Positions 17,863-26,605 of a stretch of DNA of 33,489 bases are shown piece by piece. Each line of letters starts with the position of its first letter. Position 1 is the stretch's first letter. This stretch comes from Bdellovibrionales bacterium. Its GTDB lineage: Bacteria > Bdellovibrionota > Bdellovibrionia > Bdellovibrionales > DASUEL01. Position numbers and translations under genes: made by a program. The stretch spans positions 1 through 33,489 of the forward strand of contig JBFWOZ010000032.1 in assembly GCA_050250255.1 (NCBI GenBank), read 5' to 3'. The notes below the pieces were generated by a model, which was not told the origin of the DNA, ran no database searches, and saw only the letters and a program-made list of their open reading frames with translations.

Positions 17863-18905
17863 CGTTTCATATTGCTTTCCTGGCCCTCGGGAGTCAGCGC
17901 TTGCTCCACAGGGCGAGACTTAAGAACAAGCTCCAGATTCTTTTCTAAAGCTGTGAGATTTTCAAAAATTTCTTTTTCGTATTTGTTTTCATTTTGAAAA
18001 TCAAACCCACGCTCGAGCTTCAATCGCGAAAGTAAGTTGTAAAGAGCAATCGACATTTCTACTTTTTGACTCTGCTGTTCTTTCAGCGCCAAGAGACGAT
18101 CTTCTTCAGCCCTCAAGGGTACCGCTTCAATGATTCCCCAAGCATCCCTATAGACCTGTGTCAGCTCGTAAGCCGCTTGTGATGACCAAGTTTCATCACC
18201 AAACCTGGCTGCACGTAAAAGCCAGATCTGACCTCTCTCGAGAGGTTTTAAACCAGAGGTGAAATCTCCCACGGTCATTTTTTTAAGAGACATTTTGCCC
18301 ATGTTAAAAAGTGTTTTTGTGAGCCACGGAGGAATGGATTTCGACTTATGACTCTTGCGTAACTTCGCGAGCGTTGTTTCGGCTTCGCTATAACGTTTTT
18401 GTGCTTCTGGCTCATTTCCGATACGGGCATACACACTCGCAAGCCGAGCCAAAATCTCAACTTTCATTTCGGGCGCCAAAGCAGAAGCCCTTTGAAGAGC
18501 GTCTAATAAACTCGCAATGGCGAGAGGATCCTCTGAAAGAGCCTCGTAAGCTCCGGCCATCTCATAAAATGCGAGGCCTTGATATTGAAGATTTTTTTGA
18601 TTTTGAAGAGCGTGGAATTTTTTAAATCTTTCTATGGACTCGGTCCAACGACCAAGGCCTTTTAAACAAATTCCAGAATAATAATAGGCATCACTTGCCA
18701 CCTTAGGGTTCGCACCCGACTGAATCACTTGATCAAATTTTTCTAAAGCGGGAGCCCACTGAGCTTTTTTATAAGCCTCTAGTCCTTGCTCCATGAGTGT
18801 GGCTTGGCTGACCACGGGAACCACAACTGGAGTTTCCGGTTGTTTCTTCTCCGAAGCACAACTGAGCAATAAAAAAGAAAATAGAATTCCTAATGAGAGG
18901 TGCAT
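17859..18905 (-). CDS. TPR-repeat lipoprotein
   Basis: MHLSLGILFSFLLLSC lipobox and TPRs (AYYYSGICLKGLGRWTESIERF). Stop overlaps the next ATG. Confidence 0.8.
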   Translation of the reverse strand: MHLSLGILFSFLLLSCASEKKQPETPVVVPVVSQATLMEQGLEAYKKAQWAPALEKFDQVIQSGANPKVASDAYYYSGICLKGLGRWTESIERFKKFHALQNQKNLQYQGLAFYEMAGAYEALSEDPLAIASLLDALQRASALAPEMKVEILARLASVYARIGNEPEAQKRYSEAETTLAKLRKSHKSKSIPPWLTKTLFNMGKMSLKKMTVGDFTSGLKPLERGQIWLLRAARFGDETWSSQAAYELTQVYRDAWGIIEAVPLRAEEDRLLALKEQQSQKVEMSIALYNLLSRLKLERGFDFQNENKYEKEIFENLTALEKNLELVLKSRPVEQALTPEGQESNMKR

Positions 18906-18966
18906 GAATCTATCATACACATCCTCTTGGAAAAGGTTCAAGAAAATGGTCTTTAAAATGTTGTTG

Positions 18967-20046
18967 CTATCTGAGCCGATGCGCCATTTTTTCTAGACCC
19001 TGCAGATCCCAGATTTCTTGGTCTGAGTCTTCTACGCGAATCACCAAGGAGTCTTTTCCTAAATGTCGTTCCAGACGACTTAAAGCTTGCTCATGTTTTT
19101 TATAGAAATGCTGAAGGCCAGAATAAATCTTCTGTGATTGTAAAAAACTTTCCCGCGCTTCCGTTGGCGCGACTGCTGAGCCGCCTTCCAATGTTGGCAC
19201 ACTTGGTAAACAGCGATTTACGATCAGAGCACCAAAGCGGTAGCGCCTCTTTTGAAGGTAGTCGTAAAAATCTTGCGATTCCTCAAGTTTTGTAGAATCA
19301 AATCCCGAAACAATAACGAAAGCTGTCTCTTTATTTTCCAACACTTGTTGAATGCTCCTGACTTCCTCTAGGAGAGCGTCTTTAATCACGTAAATCGTCG
19401 AAAAAAACTCAAAAAGCTCCTTTAAGAATTCCGCTCCAGTGAGTCGCTCTAAGGCAGAAAAAGCAATGTTGGTACTGCGGTTCACGATCTGGACAATCAA
19501 GCCGGTTCTTTGAAATGGCTTTACAAACCACTTTAAAACCGAGTCTTGAAAGAGCGCTTCCAGCTTCGCAGCTCCATCGAGAAAATCCATAGCGTGACCC
19601 GCTGGAGGTGTGTCCAACACAATGAGGTCGTATTTTTTTGAACGGTAACTCATAAGAAATCTTTCAAGGGATGTAAATTCTTGAGAGCCGCTGAGGCTGG
19701 TCGAAAGTTTTTGGTAAATTCTGTTTTTTAGAATTTTCTCGCAGTCTGTTTTGTCCGGAAGCGCTCGCACCACAAAATCATCAAATACAAATTTTGAATC
19801 CACAACCGCCGCGAAAAGTTCACCTGGATAATTTTGCTCAGGCACTCGTCGATCTTCTCTACCTAAAGCCTCAATGCCAAGGGCCGTTGCCAACCTCTTA
19901 GCTGGGTCAATAGTGAGTACGAGAACACACTTGCCCTGTTGGGCGGCCGCTACCGCAAGACTCGCGGACAGAGTCGTTTTACCCACACCACCCGTTCCTG
20001 CACACACGATCACTTTTTTTTGCAGAAGCTCTGAGATGCTTTTCAT
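18967..20046 (-). CDS. ArsA/Get3-family ATPase (second subunit)
   Basis: GTGGVGKTT, TIDPAKRLA, DTPPAGH. ATG at 20046 overlaps the upstream TGA. Confidence 0.9.
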   Translation of the reverse strand: MKSISELLQKKVIVCAGTGGVGKTTLSASLAVAAAQQGKCVLVLTIDPAKRLATALGIEALGREDRRVPEQNYPGELFAAVVDSKFVFDDFVVRALPDKTDCEKILKNRIYQKLSTSLSGSQEFTSLERFLMSYRSKKYDLIVLDTPPAGHAMDFLDGAAKLEALFQDSVLKWFVKPFQRTGLIVQIVNRSTNIAFSALERLTGAEFLKELFEFFSTIYVIKDALLEEVRSIQQVLENKETAFVIVSGFDSTKLEESQDFYDYLQKRRYRFGALIVNRCLPSVPTLEGGSAVAPTEARESFLQSQKIYSGLQHFYKKHEQALSRLERHLGKDSLVIRVEDSDQEIWDLQGLEKMAHRLR

Positions 20047-20948
20047 GCCGACTCCCAAGGAAGAAAGGCACAAAGTTTATGAATCATGTCTTTGTTATCA
20101 GAAAATTCGGTGACGAGTGGCAGCCGCACAATTTCTTTCTGAAGAGTTTCTAGCTCCTGCAAACTCTGCTCTTGGCGATGCTGCACAAATTCTAAATACT
20201 TAAAATATTTCTGTAAGTCTTCTTTTTGTAATCCAGAGTCGCGATGCATTTTTTGAAATTCCGAATCTGTTATTTTTGAATCTAAAATACGATTGCAGAT
20301 AATATCTGCCGAAACTCCGTAGCTTTCTTTGAGAGCAGCACTGAGTTCTTTCGTTTCCGAAACAGGTAGTGGTTCCGGCAGAGTGACGATGACGTATCCC
20401 ACTTTTTCCGTATCTTGAAGTGTTCTTACGATGGAAGCGGATTCCACTCCAAAAGGTCCCGACCGAATGGCTTCACTTAAACCCTTCGGGGCTTGAATGA
20501 GAGATAAAAAGTGTCCTGTCGCATAAGTATCAACCACGATAAGATCATAATGCATAGGAGGACCAACCTTACGAATGCCACTTGTGATTTTGCCTAAAAT
20601 TGCGAGTTCCGACACTCCAGGCGCGACATTTACGAAGGTACGCATAATACGATTTTCAAAAAACATTTCGTAGATCTTCTCAATCTTCAAGTAATGAAGG
20701 ACATACTCTCGAAGGCAGGTCTCTCCTGTCCAAAGAGCAATTTCCCACCGAGGAGCTAAGATTTGTGGCTTGTAAGTAAGAGACGGAAGGTGGAAGAATT
20801 TCTCGTAAAAGCTGTAGTCCCCAAGTTCGACAAGTAGTACTTTTTTTCCTTCTCGAGCGGCTCGACAGGCAAGTGCTGCGGCTACGGTGGATTTCCCCAC
20901 TCCACCCTTGCCTGTTACGAATAAAATCTGCTTCTTCGAGTCCCACAT
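20043..20948 (-). CDS. ArsA/Get3-family ATPase (first subunit)
   Basis: GKGGVGKST, APGVSEL, DTYATGH, VTLPEPLPVSET. ATG 20948 follows GGAG. Confidence 0.9.
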   Translation of the reverse strand: MWDSKKQILFVTGKGGVGKSTVAAALACRAAREGKKVLLVELGDYSFYEKFFHLPSLTYKPQILAPRWEIALWTGETCLREYVLHYLKIEKIYEMFFENRIMRTFVNVAPGVSELAILGKITSGIRKVGPPMHYDLIVVDTYATGHFLSLIQAPKGLSEAIRSGPFGVESASIVRTLQDTEKVGYVIVTLPEPLPVSETKELSAALKESYGVSADIICNRILDSKITDSEFQKMHRDSGLQKEDLQKYFKYLEFVQHRQEQSLQELETLQKEIVRLPLVTEFSDNKDMIHKLCAFLPWESA

Positions 20949-21010
20949 AAGTTCTCCATACTCGCCTGTTTTTGGGCCCCTCAAAAGACTTGTTGCCTTG
21001 CATTAAATAC

Positions 21011-21039
21011 TTGTCTTAAAAACTTTTTTCTCCTAGATT
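21011..21039 (+). promoter_or_regulatory. Possible sigma70-type promoter of tig
   Basis: TTGTCT-17 nt-TAGATT upstream of the GGAGGA SD. Confidence 0.5.
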
Positions 21040-21059
21040 ACGCCTTCCTCGGAGGATCC

Positions 21060-22376
21060 ATGAAAGCAGAATTAGAAAAGGTGTCGAACCTTGAGCGACG
21101 TCTCAATATCCAAGTCCCTACTGAAAAAGTGAGCGAGACCGTCGACCGTGTTTACAAAAGCATTCAGAACCACGTAGAGATCAAAGGCTTCCGTAAAGGA
21201 AAAGCCCCTCTTCAAACCATCAAGACCATGTACGCGGATCGCGTAAAAGACGATGTAGTAAAAGAATTGGTTCAAACTCATTACGTCGAAGCTCTTCAAG
21301 AGCACAATCTTGAACCACTCGGCCAACCACAAATCGAATACGACAGTCTCAATGAAAATGAGCCTTTCAAGTTCAGCGTACAATTTGAAATTCGTCCTGA
21401 AATCAAACTATCAAAAGTCGAAGGTCTTAATATCGATAAAGAAAAACTCGAAATTGACGAGAAGAAAATCGAAGAGACACTAGAGAAAATGCGCACAAGC
21501 CGGGCGAGTGAAAAACCTCTTCTTATCATTCGTCCCGCAAAAAAAGGCGATCTCGCGACGATCGATTTCCAAGGAGTTGTGGACGGCCAACCTCTCCCTA
21601 ATTCTGATGGCAAAGATCACACGATGGAACTTGGTAGCTCGGGCTTCATTCCTGGCTTTGATGAAGGTATCGAAGGCATGAACGTTGGTGAAAGCCGTAA
21701 GATTGATCTCAAATTCCCAGATAATTACCGAGAAGGCCTTGCTGGTAAGCCGGTTACCTTTAGCATCACACTTCAGCGTTTAGGCCAAAAAGAAACTCCC
21801 GAGTTGAATGATGAATTCGCGAAAACATTTGGTGAGTTCAATACTCTTAACGACCTTAAAGAGGCGATTAAGAAAGACATGATCATGTCAGAAGAAGCTC
21901 GCGTAACGAAAGATCTTAAGTCTCGCGTAGTAAAAGCTCTTGTTGAGAGCAACCCGGTAGATGTTCCCCCAGGTCTTCTTCGTGAACAAAAGAAAGCTCT
22001 GATCGAAGATCTTCATCAGAAAATGCATCAGCAAGGTCTCGGCCATGAGCAGTTCGAAGAGTACAAAAAGAAATGGGATAAGGATTTTGAGAAATCTGCA
22101 GAATTCATTATCAAATCGAGCTTCCTCATCACTCACATTGCAGATGAACAAGGCCTTCGCGCTAGCGAACAAGACGTAGAAGATCGTCTTGAAACCTATG
22201 CACAGCAAACAGGGATCGAGTTAAAGCGTGTGAAGGAGTATTACCAAACTCCTGAGCGTACTTCTTCTTTGAGATTCCAAATCACTGAAGAAAAAGTTGT
22301 GGATTTGTTAATTTCTAAAGCTCAGGTAAAAGAGGTTCCAAAATCTCAACTGACTGATCTAGAAGAAGCTGAATAA
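21060..22376 (+). CDS. tig: Trigger factor
   Basis: GFRKGKAP ribosome-binding signature and FKBP domain (IDFQG...FIPGFDEGIEGM...FPDNY). Confidence 0.99.
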   Translation: MKAELEKVSNLERRLNIQVPTEKVSETVDRVYKSIQNHVEIKGFRKGKAPLQTIKTMYADRVKDDVVKELVQTHYVEALQEHNLEPLGQPQIEYDSLNENEPFKFSVQFEIRPEIKLSKVEGLNIDKEKLEIDEKKIEETLEKMRTSRASEKPLLIIRPAKKGDLATIDFQGVVDGQPLPNSDGKDHTMELGSSGFIPGFDEGIEGMNVGESRKIDLKFPDNYREGLAGKPVTFSITLQRLGQKETPELNDEFAKTFGEFNTLNDLKEAIKKDMIMSEEARVTKDLKSRVVKALVESNPVDVPPGLLREQKKALIEDLHQKMHQQGLGHEQFEEYKKKWDKDFEKSAEFIIKSSFLITHIADEQGLRASEQDVEDRLETYAQQTGIELKRVKEYYQTPERTSSLRFQITEEKVVDLLISKAQVKEVPKSQLTDLEEAE

Positions 22377-22386
22377 TATCGTCCCT

Positions 22387-22420
22387 AAAAGAAAAGGCCT
22401 GTTTTTCAACAGGCCTTTCT
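22387..22420. terminator. Bidirectional intrinsic terminator
   Basis: AAAGGCCTGTT (22393-22403) / AACAGGCCTTT (22408-22418) between convergent genes. Confidence 0.88.
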
Positions 22421-22444
22421 CAAAAAATTTTTATTTGAACTGAA

Positions 22445-23413
22445 TTATCTGAATCGACTCTTCACCAATGAACGGATAAGCCCGCCAGCTAAAGCGGCCG
22501 CGCTTTCATCAGATCCCGTATCAGCAAGAATCGAAAGTCCGTATTCTTTTCCGTTCAGGTTAAATGCGATAACCTGGTTGCGAACTCGAACGGTATAAGC
22601 CGAACCATCGGATCTTTTGGAACTTCCCGTTTCAGGATCAACAGTAGGCCCATCATATGTTCCTGTTTTACCGCCAATATAAACGCTTGATGGAATATAT
22701 TTATGGGCACGGTTACTGCCTGTGCGGTAGGTGTGCATGATCTTCCAGACCGTTTCCGCGCCTGGGTACTGATCTTTGTAAGTGTCGTAGAGAAACTCAG
22801 CAAGCTCGGCCGCGGTTAATTCATTGCCGTGAATATTACCCCAGTATCCTTGGAATCCGCGTGTACGCTTGTAATCCATCCGCTGTGTAAATTTATGAAT
22901 GGTCTCGCGACCAAGATTGGAGTTTCCGTTTCCAATTTGCTGTTGAAGGTTTGTCCAAGCGGTGTTGGAGGAAACCACTAGCATATTGGACATCAGTTGC
23001 ATCTGGGATTCAGAAAGTTTTCCAGCTTGTTTATCAAGAAGAGTTGCCGCCACATAAATTTTTGAAACCGACGCTCCAAAAATTTTTCGGTTGGATTCTG
23101 CACTTCTATCTAAAACACGATGGTTATCCAAATCCATCAACACCCACTGCACGGGATAGTTGGCTTTGGTTTTTGATTCACTACGAATTTTTTCATAACT
23201 TGCCTGCTGAGTCGACGTGAAAGCAGTTCCTTTCCCCTTAGCTAAATAAAGAGATACGCCACTCACTTTCATTTTCTTAAGATCTTGACCACTTGGCAAA
23301 ACCGTAAAGTTAGGATCACCAGCAGGATGGCTTGGCATATAGGCCCAAGCGTTGTTGATATTTAAGGCGACAACGAAAATAATAAAAAACCGTGAGAGGA
23401 TTCTCCCGACCAT
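22445..23413 (-). CDS. Secreted serine hydrolase, beta-lactamase/PBP (SxxK) superfamily
   Basis: Signal peptide ending AWA, ASVSK (SxxK), SSN (SxN), KTGT, and an AAGGAGGA SD. Confidence 0.88.
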   Translation of the reverse strand: MVGRILSRFFIIFVVALNINNAWAYMPSHPAGDPNFTVLPSGQDLKKMKVSGVSLYLAKGKGTAFTSTQQASYEKIRSESKTKANYPVQWVLMDLDNHRVLDRSAESNRKIFGASVSKIYVAATLLDKQAGKLSESQMQLMSNMLVVSSNTAWTNLQQQIGNGNSNLGRETIHKFTQRMDYKRTRGFQGYWGNIHGNELTAAELAEFLYDTYKDQYPGAETVWKIMHTYRTGSNRAHKYIPSSVYIGGKTGTYDGPTVDPETGSSKRSDGSAYTVRVRNQVIAFNLNGKEYGLSILADTGSDESAAALAGGLIRSLVKSRFR

Positions 23414-23619
23414 GTACTCCTCCTTGAGCCTGAGTTCAGATTGAAATTATTTTTTTGAGTATTTGAATAAGACTATCGAGTGAGGGGAATTCAAACAAGA
23501 ATTCCAAACATAGACACCAGGAGAACTGGTGATTGGTCTAGCCATTATTTGCATCTCTAATGGATGTCGTTAGCAGAAGTAATCGCAATTAATTTTTTTT
23601 AATTTTGATTGGGGATTTA

Positions 23620-23650
23620 TAAAAATTGAGGCATCTACAGACGCCTCAAT
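23620..23650 (-). terminator. Intrinsic terminator closing the three-gene operon
   Basis: Minus strand ATTGAGGCGTC-TGTA-GATGCCTCAAT-TTTT, 16 nt after the stop at 23667. Confidence 0.75.
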
Positions 23651-23666
23651 AAGCATCAAACTATTA

Positions 23667-25223
23667 TTAGTCGATGTAAGGGCGAGCTTGCTTGATGTAC
23701 ACTTGGCGAGCGCCGGTGTTTTCGCTATCCACTTTGAATTCCAGATCCAATGTGAAGTTGTCGTTCTTGGGATCAAGGACTGTTTTGAGATGAGCTTCTG
23801 CCTTTAAAGACTGGAACACTAAATCTTTAATTTCTTCATCCGACATAATCGGCTTTGGATTTTCATTGGATAATATGGTTTTTGTATCATCCGCAATATT
23901 GGATTTTTGTAGAATATGAACTTGGTAACGTGACATTTCTAAGAGCGCCGAACGATCAATTAATACCAAAATCTTTTCTGGCTTAATACCAGGATCAGGA
24001 TTCGCGACGCTAAAAGTATCACCACGTTGAGCTTCGATGTAAACTCCAGGTCCCTGAAGGTCAGGTCGACCGGCAATATTTTTTGTTGCAACAACGCCGT
24101 CCACTTGCTCATCACCGAACGAAGGATTGACTTGAATTCCCATCTTTACGTCAAGATGTGGAATACCAAAAAAGTTACGCTCGTCGTAAGCACGGAGGTT
24201 CCAAACCGAAGACCAAACTGTACGAAGAGCTAACTTTAAGCTCTCTTGTTTTTCTGCCAGAGTTCTTTCTTTCCCTTTGCTTGCTGGTTTATAGGATTCA
24301 GAGGAATAAAGGCCCGCACCGTTAAAGTTAGGAAGATCTTCGGAGTTTGTCGAACTTCTGAGTTTGATTTTGGATGGCAAATTCTCTTTCGTTCTCACCT
24401 TTTCAAAAATATTTATGAGATCGTTGACAAGCTTTTGACTCACAACATTTGTAGGACTCATCATCAAAGCACGAAGAGCGTTGAGCTTTGTTTCTCGGTA
24501 AGTCACTCGCGAAATTTTCCTCATGAGCGGATCATTATTGATTTGTTTTATCGCCGTTTCAATTGTTGGGTTCGCTTGAATAAATTCTTGGTAGTAAAAG
24601 AATGGAATCGCAAAGCCAGGTCTCACCACAGTTCGTGAAGAAGTGTTTAAAAGTTTTGTGATTTCGGCGTAGTTAGCCGCTTTAGATCCTACTTTAATGT
24701 AGTCCGCAGAGCCCAACTGATCCGTCGTAAAGAGGGTCGATGTTTGAACATCCGATTGTAACTGAACCGGAACGACTTTTTTCTGTTCATAAAAGGCGGT
24801 AGCGGCTTGTTCTGTTGAAGGCTCGAGAGTGATTTTTCCATCAGCCGTAAGAAGCATGCGAATCCACGCTGCATCTGCAAAGGGTTTCAACAATTCATTA
24901 TTAAACCCACCTGCAAGCTTTGAAATATCAAGATTTGGAGTTTTTCTTGCCCGCGACTTCAATTGAACATGTGAAAGGAGGTTTTGCTGCTTCAAAGTGA
25001 TCGAACCTGCCACCACGGAAAGATCCATCGGCAACTCTTCAAAAACCGGGATAGAAAGGGGGTTTAAAGACTTAAATTTTGGCGACTCGGAAATCACATC
25101 CTGAGATGTTAGGTAAACGAGTTGTCCAACTGCTTCTCCCGGATTCATCACGGTCGCTTGTGCAAATACAAACTGACTTGAGCAAAGTACGAGAACAAAC
25201 AGTGCAACTTTAGTGAAATTCAT
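23667..25223 (-). CDS. Secreted PEP/pyruvate-binding (PPDK_N) dikinase-like protein: phospho-His swivel domain followed by ATP-grasp domain
   Basis: Signal peptide; NPGEAVGQL...VAGSITLKQQNLLSHVQLKSRARKTPN (His85); VGSKAANY, PGFAIP, RSSTNSEDLPNFNGAGLYSS, VWSSVWNLRA, DLEFK, KQARPY. Confidence 0.88.
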   Translation of the reverse strand: MNFTKVALFVLVLCSSQFVFAQATVMNPGEAVGQLVYLTSQDVISESPKFKSLNPLSIPVFEELPMDLSVVAGSITLKQQNLLSHVQLKSRARKTPNLDISKLAGGFNNELLKPFADAAWIRMLLTADGKITLEPSTEQAATAFYEQKKVVPVQLQSDVQTSTLFTTDQLGSADYIKVGSKAANYAEITKLLNTSSRTVVRPGFAIPFFYYQEFIQANPTIETAIKQINNDPLMRKISRVTYRETKLNALRALMMSPTNVVSQKLVNDLINIFEKVRTKENLPSKIKLRSSTNSEDLPNFNGAGLYSSESYKPASKGKERTLAEKQESLKLALRTVWSSVWNLRAYDERNFFGIPHLDVKMGIQVNPSFGDEQVDGVVATKNIAGRPDLQGPGVYIEAQRGDTFSVANPDPGIKPEKILVLIDRSALLEMSRYQVHILQKSNIADDTKTILSNENPKPIMSDEEIKDLVFQSLKAEAHLKTVLDPKNDNFTLDLEFKVDSENTGARQVYIKQARPYID

Positions 25224-25230
25224 ATTTATC

Positions 25231-26595
25231 CTACCTTTTTATTTTCTCGAGCAGAGTGGATGCAACAGAAACCCCAGAGGACTTCAGCGTGTTATCAACA
25301 AAACCCTGCATTCTCGGCTCTACTTCTTTCCACTGTTGAAAAGACTTGTTGAAAACTTGGTTCAGAGTATCGGTTGCGATTTCAATGATATTTAAGAGTT
25401 GAGAGGCAGCAGCGGTAACGTCTGCAGCAGTACGAATTTCTGAAACAAAATATTCCCAGTTATCTTTAATGAGAAAACCTTCGATGTAGATAAGATTTAC
25501 TACGATCTCGACGATTTCTTTCATATCAAAACGTGCGAGCAAGCCTATTTCTTTTGAAATGTATTGCGTTGAAGTTACTAGCAATAAAAGCGTGCGCGCT
25601 TTAGTAGCCGTTGGCACCTGAATAATGTTGGTTTTAATTTCAGTAATGGCTTGAGAAAGAGCCAATAAATTTGGAATCGTACGACCTTCAGTTTTGATTT
25701 GTGTTGCAGCAGCCATAACTTTAGGTGCATTCAAAGCTTTTGCAAATTCTAAAACTTTTTCAATCGTAATGCTGTAATACTGCACGATCATTTCGCGAAC
25801 TTTTAAAAGATCGACGTACTTTTCTTCAGCGGTCGCTGGAAAATCTTTGATATAGCCGTCGATCATATCTATAGCCGCAGGAGTGAGCTGGTTGTGAATG
25901 ACGTTACGGATAGAATAGAGGCGCGTCACCCTTGAATCTGACGGAGTGGATGAGAAAGCTTCCTTTTTTTCGTCATAAATCTGACCAATCAACAGGCGAG
26001 CTCTTTCTAAAGAGGCTGATCCTGCGATCGGACTTGTTTTTACGAGAAGGAAAGCAGGCAAAAACTGGAAATCATTGCTCATAGAACTTAAATAGAAATT
26101 AAAGAAATGAGTCGCGTAGGCTTGCTCAAACTCGGTTCCACTGATTCCACGTAATACAAAAGAACGAGCGAGCTTTGCCGTCTTAAAAGTCCCGATATAA
26201 TGTTTTTCAAGAACCCAATGGCGGACCATGGATTCTGCTTTCACCATCGCCCTCGCGTTTTGCGCTAAAAGAGCTGCGTGATTAAGAGCATGATTGCCAT
26301 ACGCATTCCCGTAGACGTACTCACCCATAAGTTCATAGTAATTTGTCGTATAGAGATTGCCGACGTAGAAATCGTTTTCTACGGCCAGCTTGCGGGCCAC
26401 ATCATTTCGAAATGCCGCTTGGAATTGAAAATTCTCTGGCGGAGCTTCCGTCACCGCAACTCGTGCATTAGGCCCTTGCAGAATATTAAGTCCAAAAGGA
26501 CCTTTCGGTTGAGCTTCCATGCTTTTAAATAATGGGCCGACTTGAGCTTGTGCCGTACCTACGAGAAGAGAAATGAGAAGTATCAGTTTTTTCAC
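25231..26595 (-). CDS. Secreted, largely alpha-helical protein of unknown function
   Basis: 454-aa ORF with GTG start, AAGGGG SD and signal peptide ending AQA. Gaps to neighbours are 10 and 7 nt. Confidence 0.85.
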   Translation of the reverse strand: MKKLILLISLLVGTAQAQVGPLFKSMEAQPKGPFGLNILQGPNARVAVTEAPPENFQFQAAFRNDVARKLAVENDFYVGNLYTTNYYELMGEYVYGNAYGNHALNHAALLAQNARAMVKAESMVRHWVLEKHYIGTFKTAKLARSFVLRGISGTEFEQAYATHFFNFYLSSMSNDFQFLPAFLLVKTSPIAGSASLERARLLIGQIYDEKKEAFSSTPSDSRVTRLYSIRNVIHNQLTPAAIDMIDGYIKDFPATAEEKYVDLLKVREMIVQYYSITIEKVLEFAKALNAPKVMAAATQIKTEGRTIPNLLALSQAITEIKTNIIQVPTATKARTLLLLVTSTQYISKEIGLLARFDMKEIVEIVVNLIYIEGFLIKDNWEYFVSEIRTAADVTAAASQLLNIIEIATDTLNQVFNKSFQQWKEVEPRMQGFVDNTLKSSGVSVASTLLEKIKR

Positions 26596-26605
26596 GGCTT
26601 CCCCT

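Noticed and set aside
18967..20948. Arsenic resistance locus
   Set aside because: No arsB, acr3, arsC, arsR or arsD nearby. Motifs fit the BagAB/Get3-like branch.
22445..23413. Class A beta-lactamase resistance gene
   Set aside because: No recognisable omega-loop Glu166 motif. Only superfamily membership is supported.
23667..25223. PEP synthase (ppsA) or rifampin phosphotransferase
   Set aside because: Signal peptide, reversed domain order, and no pyruvate-binding barrel or rifampin-binding domain.
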